64,000 nt of DNA from an uncultured Acidobacteriota bacterium (GTDB lineage Bacteria; Acidobacteriota; Thermoanaerobaculia; Gp7-AA8; JAHWKK01), in the NCBI GenBank assembly GCA_963829355.1, contig CAWHHZ010000001.1, positions 214,964-278,963 on the forward strand, written 5' to 3'. The notes beneath the pieces are model-generated. The model saw only the letters and a program-made list of their open reading frames with translations, was not told the DNA's origin and ran no database searches. Below are positions 50,826 to 61,472 of this stretch, piece after piece. Position 1 is the stretch's first letter, and each line of letters begins with the position of its first letter. The translations under genes were made by a program, and so were the position numbers.

Positions 50826-51593
50826 CTACGGCTGTCCCATCTTCTTGACCGCGTCGTTCAGACCTGCGATCAGATCGACCGGGAGCGGGAACACGATGGT
50901 CGTGTTCTTCTCCATTCCGATCTCAGTGAGTGTCTGAAGATAGCGAAGCTGGATCGTCACCGGCTCCTTCGACATCATCTTTGCTGCCTCCACGAGCTGC
51001 TTCGCGGCCTGGAACTCGCCCTCGGCATGGATGATCTTCGATCGCTTTTCACGTTCCGCTTCGGCCTGCCTGGCGATCGCGCGTGTCATCTGCTCGGGGA
51101 TGTCGACCTGCTTAACCTCGACGTTGACGACTTTCACACCCCAGGGAGCCGTGTGCTTGTCGAGGATCTCCTGAATGCGCACATTCAGCTTCTCACGCTC
51201 GGAAAGGAGATCGTCGAGCTCCACCTCTCCGAGCACGGAACGCAACGTTGTCTGTGCAAACTGGAACGTCTGGAAGATGTAGTCCTCGACCTCCACCACC
51301 GCCTTGGTCGGATCGACGACGCGCAGAAAAATCACGGCATTGACCTTCACGGTGACGTTGTCCCGGGTGATCGTGTCCTGAGGCGGGACCTCGAGCGCGA
51401 TCTGCCTGAGCGAGATGCGAACCATGCGGTCGATCGGCGCAAACACAAAGATGACGCCCGGCCCCTTGTCGTGGTCGAGCAATCGTCCGAGGCGGAAGAT
51501 CACGCCACGCTCGTATTCGGCGAGAATCTTGATCGAGCTCAACAGGTAGAAGCCGAGGATGACGACGACGATGATCAGGCCGAATGAGCCCAT
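50826..51593 (-). CDS. SPFH/band-7 (stomatin-like) membrane protein
   Basis: N-terminal TM followed by the SPFH domain ([13 protein letters not shown]...). Confidence 0.85.
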   Translation of the reverse strand: MGSFGLIIVVVILGFYLLSSIKILAEYERGVIFRLGRLLDHDKGPGVIFVFAPIDRMVRISLRQIALEVPPQDTITRDNVTVKVNAVIFLRVVDPTKAVVEVEDYIFQTFQFAQTTLRSVLGEVELDDLLSEREKLNVRIQEILDKHTAPWGVKVVNVEVKQVDIPEQMTRAIARQAEAEREKRSKIIHAEGEFQAAKQLVEAAKMMSKEPVTIQLRYLQTLTEIGMEKNTTIVFPLPVDLIAGLNDAVKKMGQP

Positions 51594-51650
51594 GACGGTA
51601 CCTCCTGGTGGTCAGTTTGGGCCGCTACCAATCCAGTGTAGCGGCACGTT

Positions 51651-52955
51651 TCAGCGATCCTCGGTCTTACCACTCTCCGGCGCGACTGGGGCGACAGTCA
51701 GAGCGAGGTCGTGAATCTCCCGCACGACGATGCTCGCGCCGGCCGCGATCGGGACCTCCGAGCTTGCATTCCACAACTCCCCGTGCACGAAAACCCGGCC
51801 AGATGCTTCGATTGGTGTCTCGGCGGTTCCGATCGCACCGATCATTCCGGCTTCTCCGGTCATCGATTGCCGCTTGTGGGCACGGACGACGAGTGTGACG
51901 AGAAAGATTGCGATCAGACCAAAGGGGACGCTCACGGCAAGAGACGTGACCCAGTGCACCCGCATCTCAGGAACCGGCCCATCGACGAGGAGGAGCCCTC
52001 CGAGAAAGAGCGAGACCACTCCCCCGACACCGAGAACGCCATGACTTGCGTAGGCGGCCTCGAGCGCGAAGAGGACAAACGCGAGGATGATCAGTCCCAC
52101 AGCGGCGTAGCGCACGGGAAGGATGTTGAGCGCGAAGATGGCCAGCATGACGAACAGAGCGCCGGCAACACCCGGAATGATCGCGCCGGGATGGTTGAAC
52201 TCGGCCCAGATTCCGAGCATCCCGAGCGACAGGAGTATGAATGCGACGTTCGGATCCATGATGAACGCCAGGAGCTGCTGGCGAAGGGACATCTCCATCG
52301 TTTCGATCGAGCTGTCGGAGAGATCGAGTTTCACCGTGGTGCCATCGAAGCGATGAACGTCCCGCCCTCGCAGACTCTCCAGCAGTGCGTCCGTATCGGC
52401 CGCGACGATCTCGATCAGGCCGAGCTCGCGCGCCTCTTCTTCGGTGTACGACTTGCTCTCGATCACGGCGGCTTCAGCCGCTTCCACGTTGCGGCCGCGC
52501 TTGTTGACGACCGCCCGCATGAACGCGGCAGAGTCGTTCCTCATCTTCGTCTCCATGACCTCACCCACCTCTCCGCCGTTCATCATGACGGGGTGAGCCG
52601 CGCCGGTATTGGTTCCCGGGGACATCGCGGCGACGTCGGCGGACTGAAGAATGAAAAAGCCGGCGGAGGCGGCGCGGCTCCCGCTGGGGTGGACGAACAC
52701 GATGACCGGCACCTCTGAGTCGAGGATGCTGTTGACGATGACTCTGGTCGATGATTCGAGACCGCCCGGAGTCCTCAGTTCGATCAGAAGCGCCTCGGCC
52801 TGGCTCTCCTCCGCCTGCGCTATCCCGCGCTCGACGAATTCCTCGGTGACGGGGTGGATCAGACCGTCCACGACGAGCCTCAGAATTTCGGCCTTCGCCG
52901 GCACAGCCATCAGTGCAACGGCAATCAGTAGAACGAATGATCGAGGACGTGGCAT
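51651..52955 (-). CDS. NfeD-family membrane-bound serine protease (ClpP-class), stomatin operon partner
   Basis: ClpP-like N-terminal domain, central TM helices, C-terminal OB/NfeD domain. Confidence 0.8.
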   Translation of the reverse strand: MPRPRSFVLLIAVALMAVPAKAEILRLVVDGLIHPVTEEFVERGIAQAEESQAEALLIELRTPGGLESSTRVIVNSILDSEVPVIVFVHPSGSRAASAGFFILQSADVAAMSPGTNTGAAHPVMMNGGEVGEVMETKMRNDSAAFMRAVVNKRGRNVEAAEAAVIESKSYTEEEARELGLIEIVAADTDALLESLRGRDVHRFDGTTVKLDLSDSSIETMEMSLRQQLLAFIMDPNVAFILLSLGMLGIWAEFNHPGAIIPGVAGALFVMLAIFALNILPVRYAAVGLIILAFVLFALEAAYASHGVLGVGGVVSLFLGGLLLVDGPVPEMRVHWVTSLAVSVPFGLIAIFLVTLVVRAHKRQSMTGEAGMIGAIGTAETPIEASGRVFVHGELWNASSEVPIAAGASIVVREIHDLALTVAPVAPESGKTEDR

Positions 52956-52990
52956 TTGCCTGCAACGATCTTATCGCACTGGAGCGCTAC

Positions 52991-53563
52991 TCAGTTCTTC
53001 TTCCTGCTCCGCTTCGGCTTTTGCCAATTCTCGCCTCGAAGCAACCACCAGAGTGCGAAGGCAATCCCGTAGAAGCCGACGACCCGATAGAAGTGATCGA
53101 GGCTTCCCCACACATTTCGCGAGAACACGCCATAGTGCACCTCGCTCCATGCACCGAGCTGCAGGGCGTAGATCTTCTTGATACGGATCAGCAACGCGCC
53201 CACATGCGTGATCCACAGTATGAGAAGGGAGATCGCAAGGCCCGATACGTTGGCGTTCGAGAACGTCGGTTTCGAGATCGCGAAGAGCGCGAAAAGAAGA
53301 ATCACGTTGAAGGTGAGGTCGTTCAAAGGTGCGACTGGGCGCGGCGACTCCGGCGGAAAGTCGGCCCGGTTGACAATGACGCCGTTTCCCTCACCTGCCA
53401 CGAGCTCGGTAATATCCGGTGATTCAGTCAGGTTGAGAAGCGACTGCGCGGGGGGCATGACCACCGTACGATAGGCTGGAGAGAACCCGAGCCACAGGAC
53501 GAGCCCGAGCGAGAACCCGGCGAGGGCTTTAAGAACTGGCTTCCACGCGAGCAGGCGTTGCAA
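52991..53563 (-). CDS. membrane protein, possibly the C-terminal part of the upstream exosortase separated by a frameshift
   Basis: 190 aa with about four TM; overlaps the exosortase ORF by 35 nt in another frame. Confidence 0.4.
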   Translation of the reverse strand: MQRLLAWKPVLKALAGFSLGLVLWLGFSPAYRTVVMPPAQSLLNLTESPDITELVAGEGNGVIVNRADFPPESPRPVAPLNDLTFNVILLFALFAISKPTFSNANVSGLAISLLILWITHVGALLIRIKKIYALQLGAWSEVHYGVFSRNVWGSLDHFYRVVGFYGIAFALWWLLRGENWQKPKRSRKKN

Positions 53564-54302
53564 ACTTGGAGCTCCAGATCAGGAAGATGACGACGCCAGC
53601 CAGCACGATCAAAATCTGCCAGACGGCCGTATGGAAGAGCTGAAACACGCTCTCGTAGTAGCGGCCCAGCAGAAAGAGGGTCACGATTCTCACGAAGTTC
53701 AGAAGCTGGATCGCGACTCCACCCGCGAGGACTCCACTGATGCGTGACATCGGGCCGGCCGGGAATGCTCCAATCGCCGCAATCACGAGCAGCATCGCCT
53801 CCACTCCATTGCAGCCGTTTGCAATGTTTACGGCGAAGGCGCTCGAGAGAATCATTGTGCCTTCTACCCGCACGTCCTGTCCGAGCATCTGCAGAATCGA
53901 TCCGGAGACCGAGGTGATCCACTGCGTGTAGGGAACGATCACGTGATCATTGACGGGAGGCGCTGCGATGATCGCCCAGCCCACCACCAGAAAGATCAAG
54001 AAGAGCAGAAGAAAGCGCTTGTTGCGATCGAGCTTCATGCGAGACAGGTCAACCGTCGGGGCGTCATGGTTGTTCCGGTGCGTTTCCGGAAGCTGCGCGC
54101 GATCAGTTCCATCGCAGAGCGTGCCACATGAACAGCACCGAGAACGCGAGGACAGAGAGAATCGAGCCGACCAGTAGCCACTCCGGCGAGTAAACCTCAC
54201 TTCTTCCATGTCGCTCTCCCGCGAGAGCGAGCGAATGAAAAGTGCAAGAAAGCCTCCGCAAACGGCAAATGCGATCACGCCGACGATCGAGGTCACGATC
54301 AA
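53529..54302 (-). CDS. exosortase/archaeosortase-family transmembrane protein; N-terminal region probably frameshifted, start uncertain
   Basis: NIANGCNG (Cys motif) and LLNFVRIVTLFLLG (Arg motif) in a multi-TM core from MKLDRNKRFLLLFLIFLVVGW (~54038). Upstream TM-like sequence lies in another frame (ORF 54103-54453). Confidence 0.5.
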   Translation of the reverse strand: MIVTSIVGVIAFAVCGGFLALFIRSLSRESDMEEVRFTRRSGYWSARFSLSSRSRCCSCGTLCDGTDRAQLPETHRNNHDAPTVDLSRMKLDRNKRFLLLFLIFLVVGWAIIAAPPVNDHVIVPYTQWITSVSGSILQMLGQDVRVEGTMILSSAFAVNIANGCNGVEAMLLVIAAIGAFPAGPMSRISGVLAGGVAIQLLNFVRIVTLFLLGRYYESVFQLFHTAVWQILIVLAGVVIFLIWSSKFATPARVEASS

Positions 54303-54452
54303 AGTTTCCCGGAAACCCGGTGCCGAGGGAACCTCGCCAGAACCTGGAGGACAGGTGCGGAGATCGGCACGGCCATTGCTCTAAATAACATATCAAGATC
54401 GCGAGAATCGAACGCTCGCGCAACGACGTAAGAGCACGAAAGGAGCGCTTCA

Positions 54453-54687
54453 ATGAGAGAGCCGGAACGGACCGACAGAGTCAACTCCATCTGGAATCAG
54501 GTCGAGGGAACTGGAACCAGTTCAAGGGAGTCGTCAAGGAGAGATGGAACGATCTCACCGACGACGATCTGGAACAAATGGAAGGCCGGCGCGATCGGAT
54601 CGTCGGAAAGATTCAGGAGCGCTATGGAGAGAGCCGGTGGAAACGGGCTGACATCGAGCGCGAGCTCGAGCAGAATAGCCGCGGCTG
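54453..54687 (+). CDS. CsbD-family general stress protein, frameshift near 54510
   Basis: ATG with AAGGAG RBS; after a +2 shift NWNQFKGVVKERWNDLTDDDLEQMEGRRDRIVGKIQERYGESRWK...ELEQNSRG*. Confidence 0.7.
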
Positions 54688-54714
54688 ACGTCATACTGTC
54701 AATCGAGAACCGAG

Positions 54715-54743
54715 AGACCCGGGTTGTTGCCCGGGTCTTTTTT
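54715..54743 (+). terminator. rho-independent terminator
   Basis: gacccgggttgttgcccgggtc followed by ttttttt. Confidence 0.65.
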
Positions 54744-54796
54744 TGTGAGATAAACCTTCCGGACGCGCAACCGTACTAGAAGGCAGGAGACTAGGA

Positions 54797-55539
54797 ATGA
54801 AACTGCGCACACCATCGATGCTGGTCATGCTCGTTCTGGCTGCCGGGCTCACCGGATGTTACGAGCCGGAGAGCCACATCGTGCAGACGGTCGACGAGAC
54901 CTGGCCTGCCGATGGTGTGACGACTCTCGATCTCGAATCTTTGAACGGGCGGGTCGATGTACGCGCGACGGGCGACGATCAGATCGTCATCAGAGCCGAG
55001 GTGCGCTCCTCGCACAAATCGAACGATGAAGTCGTCCGGTTCGCGGTGAGAAAGGGATTCTGGAAGTGCGCGAAAAGTGGCCGCGCGCAAAGGGATTCCT
55101 GCCGTTCGGCCGCAGTTCGGGCGGAAGCGTCCGCTACGAGATCGAGGTTCCGGAACGATGCGAGCTCGAGCTCGAGACGACCAACGGCCGCCTGGAGACC
55201 CATGGGGTTCGAGGACGTCAGTCGCTGACCTCGGTCAACGGGCGGATCGAGATCGACACCCCCGATGCATTGATCGAAGCAGAGACCGTGAATGGTCGGA
55301 TCGAAGCGAGGTTCCACGAAGCGTTTCGTGGTGCAGAGCTCGCGACCGTCAATGGCTCCGTAAAAGTGTATGTCCCCTCGGGAACTCAGGTGGCCGCCGA
55401 CGTCGACCAGGTCAACGGGTCATTCAATTCGCGGTTGCCGGTCGTGGTGAATGCCAGTGGCGCAGAGGGGATGCCGCTCCGGGTCTCCACCGTGAACGGA
55501 AGTGTCACGCTGGACCAGATGGGGCCGGACCCGGAGTAG
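54797..55539 (+). CDS. DUF4097 (toastrack) lipoprotein, frameshift near 55080
   Basis: Lipobox LAAGLTGC; NGRVDVRATGDDQIVIRAEV then TNGRLETHG, VNGRIEIDT, TVNGRIEARF, TVNGSVKVYV in the second frame. Confidence 0.6.
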
Positions 55540-55586
55540 TGTTTCGACGCGCCCGTCCACGGCTCTGAAGCACTACACTAGAGCTC

Positions 55587-57241
55587 GTGTGGTCCTCGTC
55601 CAGATCGAGACAGACGTGGGCAGCCTGTCTGCTCGGCCTGTTGGTCACGATCGGTTCTCTCGAGCCGATCGAGAACTACGACTACTTCTGGCATCTCGCC
55701 ACGGGCGAGTGGATCATCGAGCATCGAGCTCTTCCGGAGACTGACCCGTTCACCCTCGCCAGCGATGACGGAACATGGATCAACCTCGAATGGCTGTTCC
55801 AGGCGATTCTGTACCCTGCCTATGAGCTGCTCGGACATGCGGGGCTCACCGTACTGCTCGCGCTTCTGATCGGAGCTGGCACCGTTGGATTGTTCTTCTA
55901 TGCGGCTGACCGGTCGAGCGTGGCTGCATCTCTTCTCCTTTGTGCGATCGCCTGGACAGGCGCATCGTTCCGGATCGACCTGAGGGCGGAGACGGCGGCG
56001 ATCCCGTTCCTCGTAATCTTTCTGATCGTCCTGTTCCGAAATCCAGACCGACGATCGCTCCTCATTGCGCTGCTGCTCCCGCCGATCTGGTTCGCGGTTC
56101 ATCCCTCCGCGCTTCTCGCGCCCGTGCTGGCAGGTCTCGTGACGGCCGGTGCGATCTTCAGCCAGGCCGAGACGAGGCGTGAGATCATCTTCCGTTTCGT
56201 TCAGACGATCGGGAGCGGCCTTTCGCTTCTGATCAATCCATGGGGGCTCGACGGGGTGCTCGCACCGGTGCGTCTCGCGGGTCTCCTCGAGCGCGAGGGG
56301 CTGGTGAACCTCGAATGGCTGCCGAGCTCTCCGCGAACGTTCCCGGGCTCTACGCGACCCTCATCGTCGCCATCCTGCTTGTCGCTCTCATGCGCAAGGA
56401 TCCGCTGCGCTGGGCAAAGCTTCTCGCACTCGCCTTTCTGGGAGCGCTCGCCGTGAGGTACGTACGCAACCAGGCGCTGTTCTATCCGGCGTTGCCTGTC
56501 CTGGTCGCGACGGCGATACCCGCACTGTCGCCGATATGGAATCGGGTCCTCGTCATCGGAGCCGCGCTGCTGGTCGCAGGAGGTCTCACAGGGCAGAATC
56601 CCGGACTCGGCATCGACGTGGAGAAGTTCCCGGTGCGGACCGTCAAACGTCTCCAGACACTCGGGCTCGAGGGGAACGTCTACAATCCCGATCAATTCGG
56701 AGGTTATCTGGTGTGGTCGTTCTATCCGGACCGGCGCACGCTTGTGGATGGACGGAACGAGCTCCATGTCGAATTCTTCCGACGGTTCGAGCGGGCGCGG
56801 CTCGACAGTCGCGAGTGGCGGAAGATGTTCTCCGACTATGATCTCGATCTGGCAGTCGAGGAGTACCGGTCGGACTATATTGAAGCGATTGATGGTGTGA
56901 CGGGCGAGCGCAGCCGCGTCCCCCCTTCGCTCGTACTGTTCCCCCGCGACGAGTGGGCGCTCATCGGTTTCGACGAATCCTCAATGCTGTTCGCGAAACG
57001 GGATGCGTATCCTGCAAGTGTTCTTCACCGCGCAGAGCTGCGCGCGATCGTCCCCGACGCCAGGTTTCCCGCCGATGCCGTTCGAGGGAACTATCAGGAC
57101 GCTCTGAAGGAGCTCCTATCGGTGGAGTCCTCGCAGGGAAGCTTTCCGAGACTCGAGACGCTGAAGCGCCTCGTCATTGCAGCAGGGGAGAGAGAGGGGA
57201 TGCAGCGACAATCAGTTGACGACGCCGTCGCGGCCGAATGA
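55587..57241 (+). CDS. large polytopic membrane protein, putative GT-C-fold glycosyltransferase (PMT/ArnT-like), frameshift near 56330
   Basis: DYFWHLATGEWIIEHRALPETDPFT...WINLEWLF N-terminal motif region and more than 10 TM. Second piece ...YNPDQFGGYLVWSFYPDRRTLVDGRNE. Confidence 0.5.
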
Positions 57242-57511
57242 CTCCGCCTCTTCAACGGGCCAGCGCTCCTGAACGAGCTTCTCGAGCTTCGGCCGGATCG
57301 CGAGGTCGAACTCGGCAGCGTAAGCGGGTGAGAGCGAATGAATCGATTTGCGGGCGCACTCGATGAGGCAACGCGCCTCCCGATGCGACAGCTCTTCGTT
57401 CCGTATGATCATTCCAGCCGTGAGCTCGATGATCATCCTGAAGCGACGGTCCGTGCGGCGTTCCGCGAATGAACCGAGCCCGGTTCGCTCCTGCATCACA
57501 TTTCTCTGCAT
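57212..57511 (-). CDS. hypothetical small protein
   Basis: ORF downstream of the FmdB-like gene on the same strand; no recognisable domain. Confidence 0.3.
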   Translation of the reverse strand: MQRNVMQERTGLGSFAERRTDRRFRMIIELTAGMIIRNEELSHREARCLIECARKSIHSLSPAYAAEFDLAIRPKLEKLVQERWPVEEAESFGRDGVVN

Positions 57512-57603
57512 TCGTAGCGACGAAACGTCCGGGCGAGGGGGAGTAATTCCGAATGTGAGCAGCGATGAGAGACCGCGGGATGCGCTCCTATCTGGCAGAT
57601 AGG

Positions 57604-57912
57604 TCAGTCCGTCCCGCCACTCTTCTTCGACCCTCCGCCCTCGCTGCCTGCCTTGGTCGTGCCGGAGTCCGTTGAGCTCCCGCCATCTGTCTTATTCGCT
57701 CCACCCTCACCACCCTTTTCACCCGAGCCTCCCGCACGGGCGTAGTCGGTGATGTAAAAACCGGAGCCCTTGAACTGGATCGCTGGCGACGAAACGAGTT
57801 TCTTCAGCTCGCCACCGCATTGCGGGCACTCTGTGAGCGGCGGATCCGAGAACTTCCTGATTACTTCGATCCGCTCCTGACACGCTTGACAAAGGTATTC
57901 GTACAAAGGCAT
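57604..57912 (-). CDS. FmdB-family zinc-ribbon protein with Gly/Ser-rich tail
   Basis: MPLYEYLCQACQERIEV...CPQCGG...FKGSGFY. Confidence 0.75.
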   Translation of the reverse strand: MPLYEYLCQACQERIEVIRKFSDPPLTECPQCGGELKKLVSSPAIQFKGSGFYITDYARAGGSGEKGGEGGANKTDGGSSTDSGTTKAGSEGGGSKKSGGTD

Positions 57913-58036
57913 TTGAGTTTCTCTCCTGAGCGGGTGAATCAACAGGCGTTCACACGGCTGGATTCCTGCTCTCACGCTGCCGCAGAATGCGTCTGCCCCT
58001 CCCGATCCGGCGGTCGAATGTGCTACCGTCAATTTC

Positions 58037-58613
58037 CGTGAAGTGGGTTCTGTCGATCGTCATCATCATGAGTGCCGCGGCATGTTCCTTCGACGACGGG
58101 GACGAGCGGCGCGCCTCGTGGCGCGAGGTACAGGCTCTCAAGATTTCCTATCTCGAATCGTCTCCCGATTTGAAACTGGAAACCAAGCAGAAGTGGGCCG
58201 ACGCGGTGCGCAATTATCTCGATCGATGGCCGGATCACCCCGCAGCTTTGCAGACGTGGAACGACCTGCAGCTCGATTTCGCGGAGCAGCTCGAAGCAAA
58301 TGCGCATTTCGATGAGGCAGAGCGTCACTACGCAGACTTTCTCGAGCGGAACCCGGGACATGCGCTCGCGCGCGAAGGGCTCGAGCGTGTGCGTCGCCGC
58401 CAGTCTCTGTCGTCCGATGATCTCGAAAAACTGCGCAAAGGAATGTCGAGCTCCGAGGTTGCCAGCTATCTGGGACTTCCGCGACCGGGATGGGAGCGCA
58501 GTGCGATCCTCGACGGAGAGCGGGTCGAGTCGTGGTATTACCGAGACTCGAGCGGAGTTGTCCACGGCGTCCACTTCCGGAACGATGCCCTGTTCGAGAT
58601 CGATGTCGAGTGA
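58037..58613 (+). CDS. lipoprotein with C-terminal BamE/SmpA_OmlA-like domain (start uncertain, possibly 57987)
   Basis: VKWVLSIVIIMSAAACS lipobox; C-terminus LRKGMSSSEVASYLGLPRPGWERSAIL...SWYY. Confidence 0.5.
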
Positions 58614-58824
58614 TCCCTTCACGCTCCGCCGGCCGAGCTCCATGAGACTGGCTCCCGGGACGCTGCCTGATGCCTCCGGCCGCATTGCCTCTGCCCGACA
58701 CCGAAAACAGCTTGTCGGCCGCGGGTAGGTGCGCCTGAGGCTTTGCGTTATCATGACTATGGTGTCGGCCGGATCCGTCCGGTGCGGGCGCTCTATCTGA
58801 CTTGAGCATTACGAGGGAGATGTC

Positions 58825-60345
58825 ATGGCTGTGCAGGGTGAGGAACTCGCCTCGAAAATAGAGGAAAAGATCAAACAGGCGATCGACTCGGTCGTCGAGG
58901 ATATCCGGGTCTCGATCGATGACGTTCGCGACGTCGTGAACCAGCAGTTCGACGCGGTGCTCCAGAGCGTACTGGCCGACGCGAAGGCGATGTCGGTGAG
59001 AGCCGAGCTCGACGAAATGCTGGCCGGACAGGTCGCACCGCCCCCGGCGGCTCCTCCGGAAACTCAGGCCGAACCGGGCCTCGGGAGCCGGGAGCTGAAA
59101 AAGGCAATTCAGCAGATCGAGCGGGGCGGGACCCAGGTCGACGTGCTCAACGCTCTGCTCGAGCAGTTGCTCGAGTTCGGATCGCGCGCTGCCCTGCTGA
59201 TTCTCAAGAGCGACACCTTCAGCGGCTGGAAGGGGAAAGGTTTCTCCTCTTTCGGCGGCCAGGACGAGTTCGTCAAGAGACTCAGCGCCGGACCCGGCGA
59301 GATCCGAGAGCTCGACCGGTTGCGACTCGAAGAGAAGGTCGTGAGCTGGGATGGCGGATCGTTCGCGCAGAAGCTCGGAATCACGCCCCCAGCCAGCGCC
59401 CTCGTCGTTCCGATGGTGATCAAGGACAAGATCTCCGCCGCGGTATACGTCGACCGCATGCCGGACTCCGAGGGCAAGCTCGATCAGGCCGCAGTCGAGC
59501 TGCTCGTGTTCGCGACGGGCCTCCTCATCGACACGCTCGCAATCCGCAAGAAGGTTCCATCTCCCACCCTCAGCCGGGAAACGGATGCGGAGCCGTTCGA
59601 GTCCGAAGAGCCGGAAATGCTCGCGCACGGCCAGCTGCAGGCTCCTGAACCTGCAACGCCCGCGTCACGAGAGTTGACGATGGAGCGGGAGCAACCAGCA
59701 CCACCCCGAACTGAACATGACAAGCCAGTTCCGGAGGTCGAGGAACCATCGGCGCCTCGACCGGCGTCGACCGGTATTGAGATGCCTTCGAGGTATCCCG
59801 AGCACGTAGAGCCCCCACGTCCGAAGGAGGAGCCTTCGCCGGTCGAGCCAATTCCGACTGAGCTCCGATCAGTCGAACCGCCGCCAGCCGAGACTCCGTC
59901 CGCGCCGCCGGCTGCCGCCACATCGGCTCCCGCGACTCCCGTGGAGCCCGCACCTCCAGAAGCGCCGCAGCCGTCCGCTCCGCCTCCGACACAGGTGAAA
60001 CCGAAAACGGGAGGCTCTGGCGAGAGCACCCAGTATGTCCCGCCCCCCGGCGTGAAGGGCGGTTTTGCCGCGCGCGCGGAGATGGGCGAGGACGCGAAAA
60101 AGCACGACGACGCCCGCCGATTCGCGCGGCTGCTGGTCTCCGAGATCAAGCTCTACAACGAGGGTAAAGTCGATCAGGGCCGCAAGAACGGCGATCTCTA
60201 CGAAAGACTCAAAGAAGACATCGACCGTAGCCGCCAGATGTATGAGGACCGGGTACCGAGCGAAGTCAGGGATGTCTCGAACTACTTCTACGACGAGCTC
60301 GTGAGGATCCTCGCCGACGGAAACACCGACGCTCTCGGTCTCTGA
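58825..60345 (+). CDS. hypothetical protein with N-terminal alpha/beta domain, long Pro/Glu-rich linker and conserved C-terminal helical domain
   Basis: GAGGGAG RBS; linker PEPATPAS...PPPAETPSAPPAAATSAP; C-terminus RRFARLLVSEIKLYNEGKV...YERLKEDIDRSRQMYEDRV. Confidence 0.6.
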   Translation: MAVQGEELASKIEEKIKQAIDSVVEDIRVSIDDVRDVVNQQFDAVLQSVLADAKAMSVRAELDEMLAGQVAPPPAAPPETQAEPGLGSRELKKAIQQIERGGTQVDVLNALLEQLLEFGSRAALLILKSDTFSGWKGKGFSSFGGQDEFVKRLSAGPGEIRELDRLRLEEKVVSWDGGSFAQKLGITPPASALVVPMVIKDKISAAVYVDRMPDSEGKLDQAAVELLVFATGLLIDTLAIRKKVPSPTLSRETDAEPFESEEPEMLAHGQLQAPEPATPASRELTMEREQPAPPRTEHDKPVPEVEEPSAPRPASTGIEMPSRYPEHVEPPRPKEEPSPVEPIPTELRSVEPPPAETPSAPPAAATSAPATPVEPAPPEAPQPSAPPPTQVKPKTGGSGESTQYVPPPGVKGGFAARAEMGEDAKKHDDARRFARLLVSEIKLYNEGKVDQGRKNGDLYERLKEDIDRSRQMYEDRVPSEVRDVSNYFYDELVRILADGNTDALGL

Positions 60346-60361
60346 GGCGAAGAAGCCAAAC

Positions 60362-60480
60362 GTCATCCTGAGCGCCAGCGAAGGATCGCGTAAGGGGTGA
60401 CTCGAGGTGAATTGGCGGTGGAGACTCAGGGGACTCCACGAGGCCGAAGGCCGCCGGGTGAAGTCTTCGCTCAGGATGAC
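60362..60480. repeat. GTCATCCTGAG-TIR element
   Basis: gtcatcctgagcgccagcgaaggatcgcgt...cttcgctcaggatgac; the first 30 nt are identical to the 16151 copy. Confidence 0.6.
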
Positions 60481-60524
60481 CCCGGTCCACTGGAGACGGC
60501 GGTATCTCCCGCGAAACAGTGACG

Positions 60525-61472
60525 CTACGACTTCCTGGTCGAGGCCTCGATTTTCTTCCCGACCCGCAAGGCGAGCTCCAGCGCCGCGAGTCCGTCGAGT
60601 CCGCTGACCAGCGGGGTCTCGCGTTTACGGACACACTCGAGGAAGGCTTCGAGCTCGGCGCGGAGAGGCTCTTTCCGCTCCACCTCGACTCGTACCTCTT
60701 CGATACGCGGTTCGCCGTCGTTCTGAACGAGGCGATAGCCCTTGACTTCCTGTTCCTTCGTATCGACCGAGATATAGGCGTCCCGCCCGAAGATGCGAAA
60801 CTTCCGCATCTTTTCGCTCGAGACCCTGCTCGCGACGAGGTTTGCCACGCTTCCGTCCACCATCTCCAGCCGCACATTCGCCATATCGACTTTCTCGGTG
60901 AGGACAGGCACCCCGATCGCCTCGATGCCGACGATCTCCTTGCCGAGCAGCGAGATCACGAGCTGCAGGTCGTGAATCATGAGATCGAGCAGAACGTCGA
61001 TGTCGAGAGATCGGGCGGAGAAAACGCCGATCCGCTGCGCCTCGATGTATCGTGGATTCTGGACGATGGGAGCAGTCGCCTGGATCGCGGGGTTGTATCG
61101 TTCGACATGCCCCGTCTGGATGATGCGCCCGCTCTTTCCGGCGATCTCGATCAGCCGGCGGGCGGACTCCGGATCATCGGTAATCGGCTTCTCGATCATC
61201 ACATCGCAACCGCTCTCGATCAGAGTCGTCGCCACCTCTGCATGCAGCACGGTCGGAGTTGCCACGACGGCACACTCGATCTCCTTTGCGAGGGATGCGA
61301 CCGAATCGAATCGTCTGAGCCCGAGGTTCCCGGACACCTCTGCAGCCCGCTCGTCGCTCGGCTCGACAAAGCCGACGACTTCGGCTTCCGGCATCTCGGT
61401 GAGGACACGAGCATGGAGCCGACCGAGGTATCCGACGCCGACGACTCCGGTGCGGGTCGTGTCTTGACTCAT
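60525..61472 (-). CDS. Gfo/Idh/MocA-family NAD(P)-dependent oxidoreductase
   Basis: GVVGVGYLGRLHARVL Rossmann N-terminus; EKP motif. Confidence 0.85.
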   Translation of the reverse strand: MSQDTTRTGVVGVGYLGRLHARVLTEMPEAEVVGFVEPSDERAAEVSGNLGLRRFDSVASLAKEIECAVVATPTVLHAEVATTLIESGCDVMIEKPITDDPESARRLIEIAGKSGRIIQTGHVERYNPAIQATAPIVQNPRYIEAQRIGVFSARSLDIDVLLDLMIHDLQLVISLLGKEIVGIEAIGVPVLTEKVDMANVRLEMVDGSVANLVASRVSSEKMRKFRIFGRDAYISVDTKEQEVKGYRLVQNDGEPRIEEVRVEVERKEPLRAELEAFLECVRKRETPLVSGLDGLAALELALRVGKKIEASTRKS

